From contig OZ059897.1 in NCBI GenBank assembly GCA_964057225.1, forward strand, positions 4,340,001-4,404,000: a stretch of DNA of 64,000 nt. Reading direction: 5' to 3'. The notes beneath the pieces were generated by a model, which was given only the letters and a program-made list of their open reading frames with translations, was not told the DNA's origin and did not search any database. A program made the translations under genes and the position numbers. Shown here piece after piece: positions 36,856-50,871 of this stretch. The number at the start of each line of letters is the position of its first letter. Positions within the stretch are counted from its first letter, which is position 1. This DNA comes from Auanema rhodensis (lineage: Eukaryota; Animalia; Nematoda).

Positions 36856-39800
36856 TGTATGGAGCGTTTCTCAATGTAGTATAGTGCATTCGATGCGGAT
36901 TTTTAAGCTGCGTTGATCTGTGTTATCAGATTTGCGCTAGCTTAAAAATGCACCGAGTAATCAACTGATATAGGTTCACACTTATATCCTCGATTTTCAC
37001 CCTGAAGAATTAATTTTTTCGTTGAATAACATTGTCCATCGTCTTTGCCTTGAAAAAAGAAATCTAAAAACTCCTACTTTTCGTGAAATCATTTAGAAAT
37101 TTTTCGGGAAAATTTTTGTCACAATGTTTTTGGAAGCAATGTTGAGTGTACATGGGAACTCAGCATACACTAATGCATTATTTTTAAACGATCATAACTA
37201 ATTTTTGTTTAGAGCGTTTCTCAATGTAGTATAGTGCATTCGATGCGGATTTTTAAGCTGCGTCGATCTGTGTTATCAGATTTGAGTTAGCTTGAAAATG
37301 CACCGAGATATCAACTGATATATGTTCACACTTATATCCTCGATTTTCACCCTGAAGAAATGATTTTTTCGTTGAAAAACATTGTCCATCGTATTCGTCT
37401 TGAAAAAAGGAATCTAAAAACATCTACTTTTTGTGAAATTATTTAGAAATTTTTCGGGAAAATTTTTGTCACAATGTTTTTGGAAGCAATGTTGAGTGTA
37501 CATGGGAACTCAGCATACACTAATGCATTATTTTTCAAACGATCATAACTAATTTTTGTATAGAGCGTTTCTCAATGTAGTATAGTGCATTCGATGCGGA
37601 TTTTTAAGCTGCGTCGATCTGTGTTATCAGATTTGAGTTAGCTTAAAAATGCACCGAGATATCAACTGATATATGTTCACACTTATATCCTCGATTTTCA
37701 CCCTGAAGAAATGATTTTTTCGTTGAAAAACATTGTCCATCGTATTCGTCTTGAAAAAAAGAATCTAAAAACATCTACTTTTTGTGAAATTATTCAGAAA
37801 TTTTTCGGGAAAATTTTTGTCAAAATGTTTTTGGAAGCAATGTTGAGTGTACATGGGAACTCAACATACACTAATGCATTATTTTTCAAACGATCATAAC
37901 TAATTTTTGTATGGAGCGTTTCTCAATGTAGTATAGTGCATTCGATGCGGATTTTTAAGCTGCGTTGATCTGTGTTATCAGATTTGCGCTAGCTTAAAAA
38001 TGCACCGAGTAATCAACTGATATAGGTTCACACTTATATCCTCGATTTTCACCCTGAAGAATTAATTTTTTCGTTGAATAACATTGTCCATCGTCTTTGC
38101 CTTGAAAAAAGAAATCTAAAAACTCCTACTTTTCGTGAAATTATTTAGAAATTTTTCGGAAAAATTTTTGTCACAATGTTTTTGGAAGCAATGTTGAGTG
38201 TACATGGGAACTCAGCATACACTAATGCATTATTTTTCAAACGATCATAACTAATTTTTGTTTAGAGCGTTTCTCAATGTAGTATAGTGCATTCGATGCG
38301 GATTTTTAAGCTGCGTCGATCTGTGTTATCAGATTTGAGTTAGCTTGAAAATGCACCGAGATATCAACTGATATATGTTCACACTTATATCCTCGATTTT
38401 CACCCTGAAGAAATGATTTTTTCGTTGAAAAACATTGTCCATCGTATTTGTCTTGAAAAAAGGAATCTAAAAACATCTACTTTTTGTGAAATTATTTAGA
38501 AATTTTTCGGGAAAATTTTTGTCACAATGTTTTTGGAAGCAATGTTGAGTGTACATGGGAACTCAGCATACACTAATGCATTATTTTTCAAACGATCATA
38601 ACTAATTTTTGTATAGAGCGTTTCTCAATGTAGTATAGTGCATTCGATGCGGATTTTTAAGCTGCGTCGATCTGTGTTATCAGATTTGAGTTAGCTTAAA
38701 AATGCACCGAGATATCAACTGATATATGTTCACACTTATATCCTCGATTTTCACCCTGAAGAAATGATTTTTTCGTTGAAAAACATTGTCCATCGTATTC
38801 GTCTTGAAAAAAAGAATCTAAAAACATCTACTTTTTGTGAAATTGTTCAGAAATTTTTCGGGAAAATTTTTGTCAAAATGTTTTTGGAAGCAATGTTGAG
38901 TGTACATGGGAACTCAACATACACTAATGCATTATTTTTCAAACGATCATAACTAATTTTTGTATGGAGCGTTTCTCAATGTAGTATAGTGCATTCGATG
39001 CGGATTTTTAAGCTGCGTTGATCTGTGTTATCAGATTTGCGCTAGCTTAAAAATGCACCGAGTAATCAACTGATATAGGTTCACACTTATATCCTCGATT
39101 TTCACCCTGAAGAATTAATTTTTTCGTTGAATAACATTGTCCATCGTCTTTGCCTTGAAAAAAGAAATCTAAAAACTCCTACTTTTTGTGAAATTATTTA
39201 GAAATTTTTCGGGAAAATTTTTGTCACAATGTTTTTGGAAGCAATGTTGAGTGTACATGGGAACTCAGCATACACTAATGCATTATTTTTCAAACGATCA
39301 TAACTAATTTTTGTATGGAGCGTTTCTCAATGTAGTATAGTGCATTCGATGCGGATTTTTAAGCTGCGTTGATCTGTGTTATCAGATTTGCGCTAGCTTA
39401 AAAATGCACCGAGTAATCAACTGATATAGGTTCACACTTATATCCTCGATTTTCACCCTGAAGAATTAATTTTTTCGTTGAATAACGTTGTCCATCGTCT
39501 TTGCCTTGAAAAAAAAAATCTAAAAACTCCTACTTTTTGTGAAATTATTTAGAAATTTTTCGGGAAAATTTTTGTCACAATGTTTTTGGAAGCAATGTTG
39601 AGTGTACATGGGAACTCAGCATACACTAATGCATTATTTTTCAAACGATCATAACTAATTTTTGTATAGAGCGTTTCTCAATGTAGTATAGTGCATTCGA
39701 TGCGGATTTTTAAGCTGCGTCGATCTGTGTTATCAGATTTGAGTTAGCTTGAAAATGCACCGAGATATCAACTGATATATGTTCACACTTATATCCTCGA

Positions 39801-42800
39801 TTTTCACCCTGAAGAAATGATTTTTTCGTTGAAAAACATTGTCCATCGTATTCGTCTTGAAAAAAGGAATCTAAAAACATCTACTTTTTGTAAAATTATT
39901 TAGAAATTTTTCGGGAAAATTTTTGTCACAATGTTTTTGGAAGCAATGTTGAGTGTACATGGGAACTCAGCATACACTAATGCATTATTTTTCAAACGAT
40001 CATAACTAATTTTTGTATAGAGCGTTTCTCAATGTAGTATAGTGCATTCGATGCGGATTTTTAAGCTGCGTCGATCTGTGTTATCAGATTTGAGTTAGCT
40101 TAAAAATGCACCGAGATATCAACTGATATATGTTCACACTTATATCCTCGATTTTCACCCTGAAGAAATGATTTTTTCGTTGAAAAACATTGTCCATCGT
40201 ATTCGTCTTGAAAAAAAGAATCTAAAAACATCTACTTTTTGTGAAATTAATCAGAAAATTTTCGGGAAAATTTTTGTCAAAATGTTTTTGGAAGCAATGT
40301 TGAGTGTACATGGGAACTCAACATACACTAATGCATTATTTTTCAAACGATCATAACTAATTTTTGTATGGAGCGTTTCTCAATGTAGTATAGTGCATTC
40401 GATGCGGATTTTTAAGCTGCGTTGATCTGTGTTATCAGATTTGCGCTAGCTTAAAAATGCACCGAGTAATCAACTGATATAGGTTCACACTTATATCCTC
40501 GATTTTCACCCTGAAGAATTAATTTTTTCGTTGAATAACATTGTCCATCATCTTTGCCTTGAAAAAAGAAATCTAAAAACTCCTACTTTTTGTGAAATTA
40601 TTTAGAAATTTTTCGGGAAAATTTTTGTCACAATGTTTTTGGAAGCAATGTTGAGTGTACATGGGAACTCAGCATACACTAATGCATTATTTTTCAAACG
40701 ATCATAACTAATTTTTGTATGGAGCGTTTCTCAATGTAGTATAGTGCATTCGATGCGGATTTTTAAGCTGCGTTGATCTATGTTATCAGATTTGCGCTAG
40801 CTTAAAAATGCACCGAGTAATCAACTGATATAGGTTCACACTTATATCCTCGATTTTCACCCTGAAGAATTAATTTTTTCGTTGAATAACATTGTCCATC
40901 GTCTTTGCCTTGAAAAAAGAAATCTAAAAACTCCTACTTTTCGTGAAATTATTTAGAAATTTTTCGGGAAAATTTTTGTCACAATGTTTTTGGAAGCAAT
41001 GTTGAGTGTACATGGGAACTCAGCATACACTAATGCATTATTTTTCAAACGATCATAACTAATTTTTGTATAGAGCGTTTCTCAATGTAGTATAGTGCAT
41101 TCGATGCGGATTTTTAAGCTGCGTCGATCTGTGTTATCAGATTTGAGTTAGCTTGAAAATGCACCGAGATATCAACTGATATATGTTCACACTTATATCC
41201 TCGATTTTCACCCTGAAGAAATGATTTTTTCGTTGAAAAACATTGTCCATCGTATTCGTCTTGAAAAAAGGAATCTAAAAACATCTACTTTTTGTGAAAT
41301 TATTTAGAAATTTTTCGGGAAAATTTTTGTCACAATGTTTTTGGAAGCAATGTTGAGTGTACATGGGAACTCAGCATACACTAATGCATTATTTTTCAAA
41401 CGATCATAACTAATTTTTGTATAGAGCGTTTCTCAATGTAGTATAGTGCATTCGATGCGGATTTTTAAGCTGCGTCGATCTGTGTTATCAGATTTGAGTT
41501 AGCTTAAAAATGCACCGAGATATCAACTGATATATGTTCACACTTATATCCTCGATTTTCACCCTGAAGAAATGATTTTTTCGTTGAAAAACATTGTCCA
41601 TCGTATTCGTCTTGAAAAAAAGAATCTAAAAACATCTACTTTTTGTGAAATTATTCAGAAATTTTTCGGGAAAATTTTTGTCAAAATGTTTTTGGAAGCA
41701 ATGTTGAGTGTACATGGGAACTCAACATACACTAATGCATTATTTTTCAAACGATCATAACTAATTTTTGTATGGAGCGTTTCTCAATGTAGTATAGTGC
41801 ATTCGATGCGGATTTTTGAGCTGCGTTGATCTGTGTTATCAGATTTGCGCTAGCTTAAAAATGCACCGAGTAATCAACTGATATAGGTTCACACTTATAT
41901 CCTCGATTTTCACCCTGAAGAATTAATTTTTTCGTTGAATAACATTGTCCATCGTCTTTGCCTTGAGAAAAGAAATTTAAAAACTCCTACTTTTTGTGAA
42001 ATTATTTAGAAATTTTTCGGGAAAATTTTTGTCACAATGTTTTTGGAAGCAATGTTGAGTGTACATGGGAACTCAGCATACACTAATGCATTATTTTTCA
42101 AACGATCATAACTAATTTTTAAATAGAGCGTTTCTTAATGTAGTATAGTGCATTCGATGCGGATTTTTAAGCTGCGTCGATCTGTGTTATCAGATTTGAG
42201 TTAGCTTAAAAATGCACCGAGATATCAACTGATATATGTTCACACTTATATCCTCGATTTTCACCCTGAAGAAATGATTTTTTCGTTGAAAAACATTGTC
42301 CATCGTATTCGTCTTGAAAAAAAGAATCTAAAAACATCTACTTTTTGTGAAATTATTTAGAAATTTTTCGGGAAAATTTTTGTCACAATGTTTTTGGAAG
42401 CAATGTTGAGTGTACATGGGAACTCAGCATACACTAATGCATTATTTTTCAAACGATCATAACTAATTTTTGTATGGAGCGTTTCTCAATGTAGTATAGT
42501 GCATTCGATGCGGATTTTTAAGCTGCGTTGATCTGTGTTATCAGATTTGCGCTAGCTTAAAAATGCACCGAGTAATCAACTGATATAGGTTCACACTTAT
42601 ATCCTCGATTTTCACCCTGAAGAATTAATTTTTTCGTTGAATAACGTTGTCCATCGTCTTTGCCTTGAAAAAAAAAATCTAAAAACTCCTACTTTTTGTG
42701 AAATTATTTAGAAATTTTTCGGGAAAATTTTTGTCACAATGTTTTTGGAAGCAATGTTGAGTGTACATGGGAACTCAGCATACACTAATGCATTATTTTT

Positions 42801-45800
42801 CAAACGATCATAACTAATTTTTGTATAGAGCGTTTCTCAATGTAGTATAGTGCATTCGATGCGGATTTTTAAGCTGCGTCGATCTGTGTTATCAGATTTG
42901 AGTTAGCTTGAAAATGCACCGAGATATCAACTGATATATGTTCACACTTATATCCTCGATTTTCACCCTGAAGAAATGATTTTTTCGTTGAAAAACATTG
43001 TCCATCGTATTCGTCTTGAAAAAAGGAATCTAAAAACATCTACTTTTTGTGAAATTATTTAGAAATTTTTCGGGAAAATTTTTGTCACAATGTTTTTGGA
43101 AGCAATGTTGAGTGTACATGGGAACTCAGCATACACTAATGCATTATTTTTCAAACGATCATAACTAATTTTTGTATAAAGCGTTTCTCAATGTAGTATA
43201 GTGCATTCGATGCGGATTTTTAAGCTGCGTCGATCTGTGTTATCAGATTTGAGTTAGCTTAAAAATGCACCGAGATATCAACTGATATATGTTCACACTT
43301 ATATCCTCGATTTTCACCCTGAAGAAATGATTTTTTCGTTGAAAAACATTGTCCATCGTATTCGTCTTGAAAAAAAGAATCTAAAAACATCTACTTTTTG
43401 TGAAATTATTCAGAAAATTTTCGGGAAAATTTTTGTCAAAATGTTTTTGGAAGCAATGTTGAGTGTACATGGGAACTCAACATACACTAATGCATTATTT
43501 TTCAAACGATCATAACTAATTTTTGTATGGAGCGTTTCTCAATGTAGTATAGTGCATTCGATGCGGATTTTTAAGCTGCGTTGATCTGTGTTATCAGATT
43601 TGCGCTAGCTTAAAAATGCACCGAGTAATCAACTGATATAGGTTCACACTTATATCCTCGATTTTCACCCTGAAGAATTAATTTTTTCGTTGAATAACAT
43701 TGTCCATCGTCTTTGCCTTGAAAAAAAAAATCTAAAAACTCCTACTTTTTGTGAAATTATTTAGAAATTTTTCGGGAAAATTTTTGTCACAATGTTTTTG
43801 GAAGCAATGTTGAGTGTACATGGGAACTCAACATACACTAATGCATTATTTTTCAAACGATCATAACTAATTTTTGTATGGAGCGTTTCTCAATGTAGTA
43901 TAGTGCATTCGATGCGGATTTTTAAGCTGCGTTGATCTGTGTTATCAGATTTGCGCTAGCTTAAAAATGCACCGAGTAATCAACTGATATAGGTTCACAC
44001 TTATATCCTCGATTTTCACCCTGAAGAATTAATTTTTTCGTTGAATAACATTGTCCATCGTCTTTGCCTTGAAAAAAAAAATCTAAAAACTCCTACTTTT
44101 TGTGAAATTATTTAGAAATTTTTCGGGAAAATTTTTGTCACAATGTTTTTGGAAGCAATGTTGAGTGTACATGGGAACTCAACATACACTAATGCATTAT
44201 TTTTCAAACGATCATAACTAATTTTTGTATGGAGCGTTTCTCAATGTAGTATAGTGCATTCGATGCGGATTTTTAAGCTGCGTTGATCTGTGTTATCAGA
44301 TTTGCGCTAGCTTAAAAATGCACCGAGTAATCAACTGATATAGGTTCACACTTATATCCTCGATTTTCACCCTGAAGAATTAATTTTTTCGTTGAATAAC
44401 ATTGTCCATCATCTTTGCCTTGAAAAAAGAAATCTAAAAACTCCTACTTTTTGTGAAATTATTTAGAAATTTTTCGGGAAAATTTTTGTCACAATGTTTT
44501 TGGAAGCAATGTTGAGTGTACATGGGAACTCAGCATACACTAATGCATTATTTTTCAAACGATCATAACTAATTTTTAAATAGAGCGTTTCTTAATGTAG
44601 TATAGTGCATTCGATGCGGATTTTTGAGCTGCGTTGATCTGTGTTATCAGATTTGCGCTAGCTTAAAAATGCACCGAGTAATCAACTGATATATGTTCAC
44701 ACTTATATCCTCGATTTTCACCCTGAAGAAATGATTTTTTCGTTGAAAAACATTGTCCATCGTATTCGTCTTGAAAAAAAGAATCTAAAAACATCTACTT
44801 TTTGTGAAATTATTTAGAAATTTTTCGGGAAAATTTTTGTCACAATGTTTTTGGAAGCAATGTTGAGTGTACATGGGAACTCAGCATACACTAATGCATT
44901 ATTTTTCAAACGATCATAACTAATTTTTGTATGGAGCGTTTCTCAATGTAGTATAGTGCATTCGATGCGGATTTTTAAGCTGCGTTGATCTGTGTTATCA
45001 GATTTGCGCTAGCTTAAAAATGCACCGAGTAATCAACTGATATAGGTTCACACTTATATCCTCGATTTTCACCCTGAAGAATTAATTTTTTCGTTGAATA
45101 ACGTTGTCCATCGTCTTTGCCTTGAAAAAAAAAATCTAAAAACTCCTACTTTTTGTGAAATTATTTAGAAATTTTTCGGGAAAATTTTTGTCACAATGTT
45201 TTTGGAAGCAATGTTGAGTGTACATGGGAACTCAGCATACACTAATGCATTATTTTTCAAACGATCATAACTAATTTTTGTATAGAGCGTTTCTCAATGT
45301 AGTATAGTGCATTCGATGCGGATTTTTAAGCTGCGTCGATCTGTGTTATCAGATTTGAGTTAGCTTGAAAATGCACCGAGATATCAACTGATATATGTTC
45401 ACACTTATATCCTCGATTTTCACCCTGAAGAAATGATTTTTTCGTTGAAAAACATTGTCCATCGTATTCGTCTTGAAAAAAGGAATCTAAAAACATCTAC
45501 TTTTTGTGAAATTATTTAGAAATTTTTCGGGAAAATTTTTGTCACAATGTTTTTGGAAGCAATGTTGAGTGTACATGGGAACTCAGCATACACTAATGCA
45601 TTATTTTTCAAACGATCATAACTAATTTTTGTATAGAGCGTTTCTCAATGTAGTATAGTGCATTCGATGCGGATTTTTAAGCTGCGTCGATCTGTGTTAT
45701 CAGATTTGAGTTAGCTTAAAAATGCACCGAGATATCAACTGATATATGTTCACACTTATATCCTCGATTTTCACCCTGAAGAAATGATTTTTTCGTTGAA

Positions 45801-48437
45801 AAACATTGTCCATCGTATTCGTCTTGAAAAAAAGAATCTAAAAACATCTACTTTTTGTGAAATTATTCAGAAAATTTTCGGGAAAATTTTTGTCAAAATG
45901 TTTTTGGAAGCAATGTTGAGTGTACATGGGAACTCAACATACACTAATGCATTATTTTTCAAACGATCATAACTAATTTTTGTATGGAGCGTTTCTCAAT
46001 GTAGTATAGTGCATTCGATGCGGATTTTTAAGCTGCGTTGATCTGTGTTATCAGATTTGCGCTAGCTTAAAAATGCACCGAGTAATCAACTGATATAGGT
46101 TCACACTTATATCCTCGATTTTCACCCTGAAGAATTAATTTTTTCGTTGAATAACATTGTCCATCGTCTTTGCCTTGAAAAAAAAAATCTAAAAACTCCT
46201 ACTTTTTGTGAAATTATTTAGAAATTTTTCGGGAAAATTTTTGTCACAATGTTTTTGGAAGCAATGTTGAGTGTACATGGGAACTCAGCATACACTAATG
46301 CATTATTTTTCAAACGATCATAACTAATTTTTGTATGGAGCGTTTCTCAATGTAGTATAGTGCATTCGATGCGGATTTTTGAGCTGCGTTGATCTGTGTT
46401 ATCAGATTTGCGCTAGCTTAAAAATGCACCGAGTAATCAACTGATATAGGTTCACACTTATATCCTCGATTTTCACCCTGAAGAATTAATTTTTTCGTTG
46501 AATAACATTGTCCATCGTCTTTGCCTTGAGAAAAGAAATTTAAAAACTCCTACTTTTTGTGAAATTATTTAGAAATTTTTCGGGAAAATTTTTGTCACAA
46601 TGTTTTTGGAAGCAATGTTGAGTGTACATGGGAACTCAGCATACACTAATGCATTATTTTTCAAACGATCATAACTAATTTTTAAATAGAGCGTTTCTTA
46701 ATGTAGTATAGTGCATTCGATGCGGATTTTTGAGCTGCGTTGATCTGTGTTATCAGATTTGCGCTAGCTTAAAAATGCACCGAGTAATCAACTGATATAT
46801 GTTCACACTTATATCCTCGATTTTCACCCTGAAGAAATGATTTTTTCGTTGAAAAACATTGTCCATCGTATTCGTCTTGAAAAAAAGAATCTAAAAACAT
46901 CTACTTTTTGTGAAATTATTTAGAAATTTTTCGGGAAAATTTTTGTCACAATGTTTTTGGAAGCAATGTTGAGTGTACATGGGAACTCAGCATACACTAA
47001 TGCATTATTTTTCAAACGATCATAACTAATTTTTGTATGGAGCGTTTCTCAATGTAGTATAGTGCATTCGATGCGGATTTTTGAGCTGCGTTGATCTGTG
47101 TTATCAGATTTGCGCTAGCTTAAAAATGCACCGAGATATCAACTGATATATGTTCACACTTATATCCTCGATTTTCACCCTGAAGAAATGATTTTTTCGT
47201 TGAAAAACATTGTCCATCGTATTCGTCTTGAAAAAAAGAATCTAAAAACATCTACTTTTTGTGAAATTATTCAGAAATTTTTCGGGAAAATTTTTGTCAA
47301 AATGTTTTTGGAAGCAATGTTGAGTGTACATGGGAACTCAGCATACACTAATGCATTATTTTTCAAACGATCATAACTAATTTTTGTATAGAGCGTTTCT
47401 CAATGTAGTATAGTGCATTCGATGCGGATTTTTAAGCTGCGTCGATCTGTGTTATCAAATTTGAGTTAGCTTAAAAATGCACCGAGATATCAACTGATAT
47501 ATGTTCACACTTATATCCTCGATTTTCACCCTGAAGAAATGATTTTTTCGTTGAAAAACATTGTCCATCGTATTCGTCTTGAAAAAAAGAATCTAAAAAC
47601 ATCTACTTTTTGTGAAATTATTCAGAAATTTTTCGGGAAAATTTTTGTCAAAATGTTTTTGGAAGCAATGTTGAGTGTACATGGGAACTCAACATACACT
47701 AATGCATTATTTTTCAAACGATCATAACTAATTTTTGTATGGAGCGTTTCTCAATGTAGTATAGTGCATTCGATGCGGATTTTTAAGCTGCGTTGATCTG
47801 TGTTATCAGATTTGCGCTAGCTTAAAAATGCACCGAGTAATCAACTGATATAGGTTCACACTTATATCCTCGATTTTCACCCTGAAGAATTAATTTTTTC
47901 GTTGAATAACATTGTCCATCATCTTTGCCTTGAAAAAAGAAATCTAAAAACTCCTACTTTTTGTGAAATTATTTAGAAATTTTTCGGGAAAATTTTTGTC
48001 ACAATGTTTTTGGAAGCAATGTTGAGTGTACATGGGAACTCAGCATACACTAATGCATTATTTTTCAAACGATCATAACTAATTTTTGTATGGAGCGTTT
48101 CTCAATGTAGTATAGTGCATTCGATGCGGATTTTTAAGCTGCGTTGATCTGTGTTATCAGATTTGCGCTAGCTTAAAAATGCACCGAGTAATCAACTGAT
48201 ATAGGTTCACACTTATATCCTCGATTTTCACCCTGAAGAATTAATTTTTTCGTTGAATAACATTGTCCATCGTCTTTGCCTTGAAAAAAGAAATCTAAAA
48301 ACTCCTACTTTTCGTGAAATCATTTAGAAATTTTTCGGGAAAATTTTTGTCACAATGTTTTTGGAAGCAATGTTGAGTGTACATGGGAACTCAGCATACA
48401 CTAATGCATTATTTTTCAAACGATCATAACTAATTTT

Positions 48438-50871
48438 TGTATAGAGCGTTTCTCAATGTAGTATAGTGCATTCGATGCGGATTTTTAAGCTGCGTCGATC
48501 TGTGTTATCAGATTTGAGTTAGCTTAAAAATGCACCGAGATATCAACTGATATATGTTCACACTTATATCCTCGATTTTCACCCTGAAGAAATGATTTTT
48601 TCGTTGAAAAACATTGTCCATCGTATTCGTCTTAAAAAAAAGAATCTAAAAACATCTACTTTTTGTGAAATTATTCAGAAATTTTTCGGGAAAATTTTTG
48701 TCAAAATGTTTTTGGAAGCAATGTTGAGTGTACATGGGAACTCAACATACACTAATGCATTATTTTTCAAACGATCATAACTAATTTTTGTATAGAGCGT
48801 TTCTCAATGTAGTATAGTGCATTCGATGCGGATTTTTAAGCTGCGTTGATCTGTGTTATCAGATTTGCGCTAGCTTAAAAATGCACCGAGTAATCAACTG
48901 ATATAGGTTCACACTTATATCCTCGATTTTCACCCTGAAGAATTAATTTTTTCGTTGAATAACATTGTCCATCGTCTTTGCCTTGAAAAAAGAAATCTAA
49001 AAACTCCTACTTTTCGTGAAATTATTCAGAAAATTTTCGGGAAAATTTTTGTCAAAATGTTTTTGGAAGCAATGTTGAGTGTACATGGGAACTCAACATA
49101 CACTAATGCATTATTTTTCAAACGATCATAACTAATTTTTGTATGGAGCGTTTCTCAATGTAGTATAGTGCATTCGATGCGGATTTTTAAGCTGCGTCGA
49201 TCTGTGTTATCAGATTTGAGTTAGCTTGAAAATGCACCGAGATATCAACTGATATAGGTTCACACTTATATCCTCGATTTTCACCCTGAAGAATTAATTT
49301 TTTCGTTGAATAACATTGTCCATCATCTTTGCCTTGAAAAAAGAAATCTAAAAACTCCTACTTTTTGTGAAATTATTTAGAAATTTTTCGGGAAAATTTT
49401 TGTCACAATGTTTTTGGAAGCAATGTTGAGTGTACATGGGAACTCAGCATACACTAATGCATTATTTTTAAACGATCATAACTAATTTTTGTTTAGAGCG
49501 TTTCTCAATGTAGTATAGTGCATTCGATGCGGATTTTTAAGCTGCGTCGATCTGTGTTATCAGATTTGAGTTAGCTTGAAAATGCACCGAGATATCAACT
49601 GATATATGTTCACACTTATATCCTCGATTTTCACCCTGAAGAATTAATTTTTTCGTTGAATAACGTTGTCCATCGTCTTTGCCTTGAAAAAAAAAATCTA
49701 AAAACTCCTACTTTTTGTGAAATTATTTAGAAATTTTTCGGGAAAATTTTTGTCACAATGTTTTTGGAAGCAATGTTGAGTGTACATGGGAACTCAGCAT
49801 ACACTAATGCATTATTTTTCAAACGATCATAACTAATTTTTGTATAGAGCGTTTCTCAATGTAGTATAGTGCATTCGATGCGGATTTTTAAGCTGCGTCG
49901 ATCTGTGTTATCAGATTTGAGTTAGCTTAAAAATGCACCGAGATATCAACTGATATATGTTCACACTTATATCCTCGATTTTCACCCTGAAGAAATGATT
50001 TTTTCGTTGAAAAACATAGTCCATCGTATTCGTCTTAAAAAAAAGAATCTAAAAACATCTACTTTTTGTGAAATTATTCAGAAATTTTTCGGGAAAATTT
50101 TTGTCAAAATGTTTTTGGAAGCAATGTTGAGTGTACATGGGAACTCAACATACACTAATGCATTATTTTTCAAACGATCATAACTAATTTTTGTATAGAG
50201 CGTTTCTCAATGTAGTATAGTGCATTCGATGCGGATTTTTAAGCTGCGTTGATCTGTGTTATCAGATTTGCGCTAGCTTAAAAATGCACCGAGTAATCAA
50301 CTGATATAGGTTCACACTTATATCCTCGATTTTCACCCTGAAGAATTAATTTTTTCGTTGAATAACATTGTCCATCGTCTTTGCCTTGAAAAAAGAAATC
50401 TAAAAACTCCTACTTTTCGTGAAATTATTCAGAAAATTTTCGGGAAAATTTTTGTCAAAATGTTTTTGGAAGCAATGTTGAGTGTACATGGGAACTCAAC
50501 ATACACTAATGCATTATTTTTCAAACGATCATAACTAATTTTTGTATGGAGCGTTTCTCAATGTAGTATAGTGCATTCGATGCGGATTTTTAAGCTGCGT
50601 CGATCTGTGTTATCAGATTTGAGTTAGCTTGAAAATGCACCGAGATATCAACTGATATAGGTTCACACTTATATCCTCGATTTTCACCCTGAAGAATTAA
50701 TTTTTTCGTTGAATAACATTGTCCATCATCTTTGCCTTGAAAAAAGAAATCTAAAAACTCCTACTTTTTGTGAAATTATTTAGAAATTTTTCGGGAAAAT
50801 TTTTGTCACAATGTTTTTGGAAGCAATGTTGAGTGTACATGGGAACTCAGCATACACTAATGCATTATTTT
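48438..50871. repeat. Duplicated 3-monomer block, offset 1403 bp
   Basis: Private CGTCTTAAAAAAAAG (the RLKKK ORF variant at 48592/49995) is followed in both copies by the same two chimeric monomers. Confidence 0.85.
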
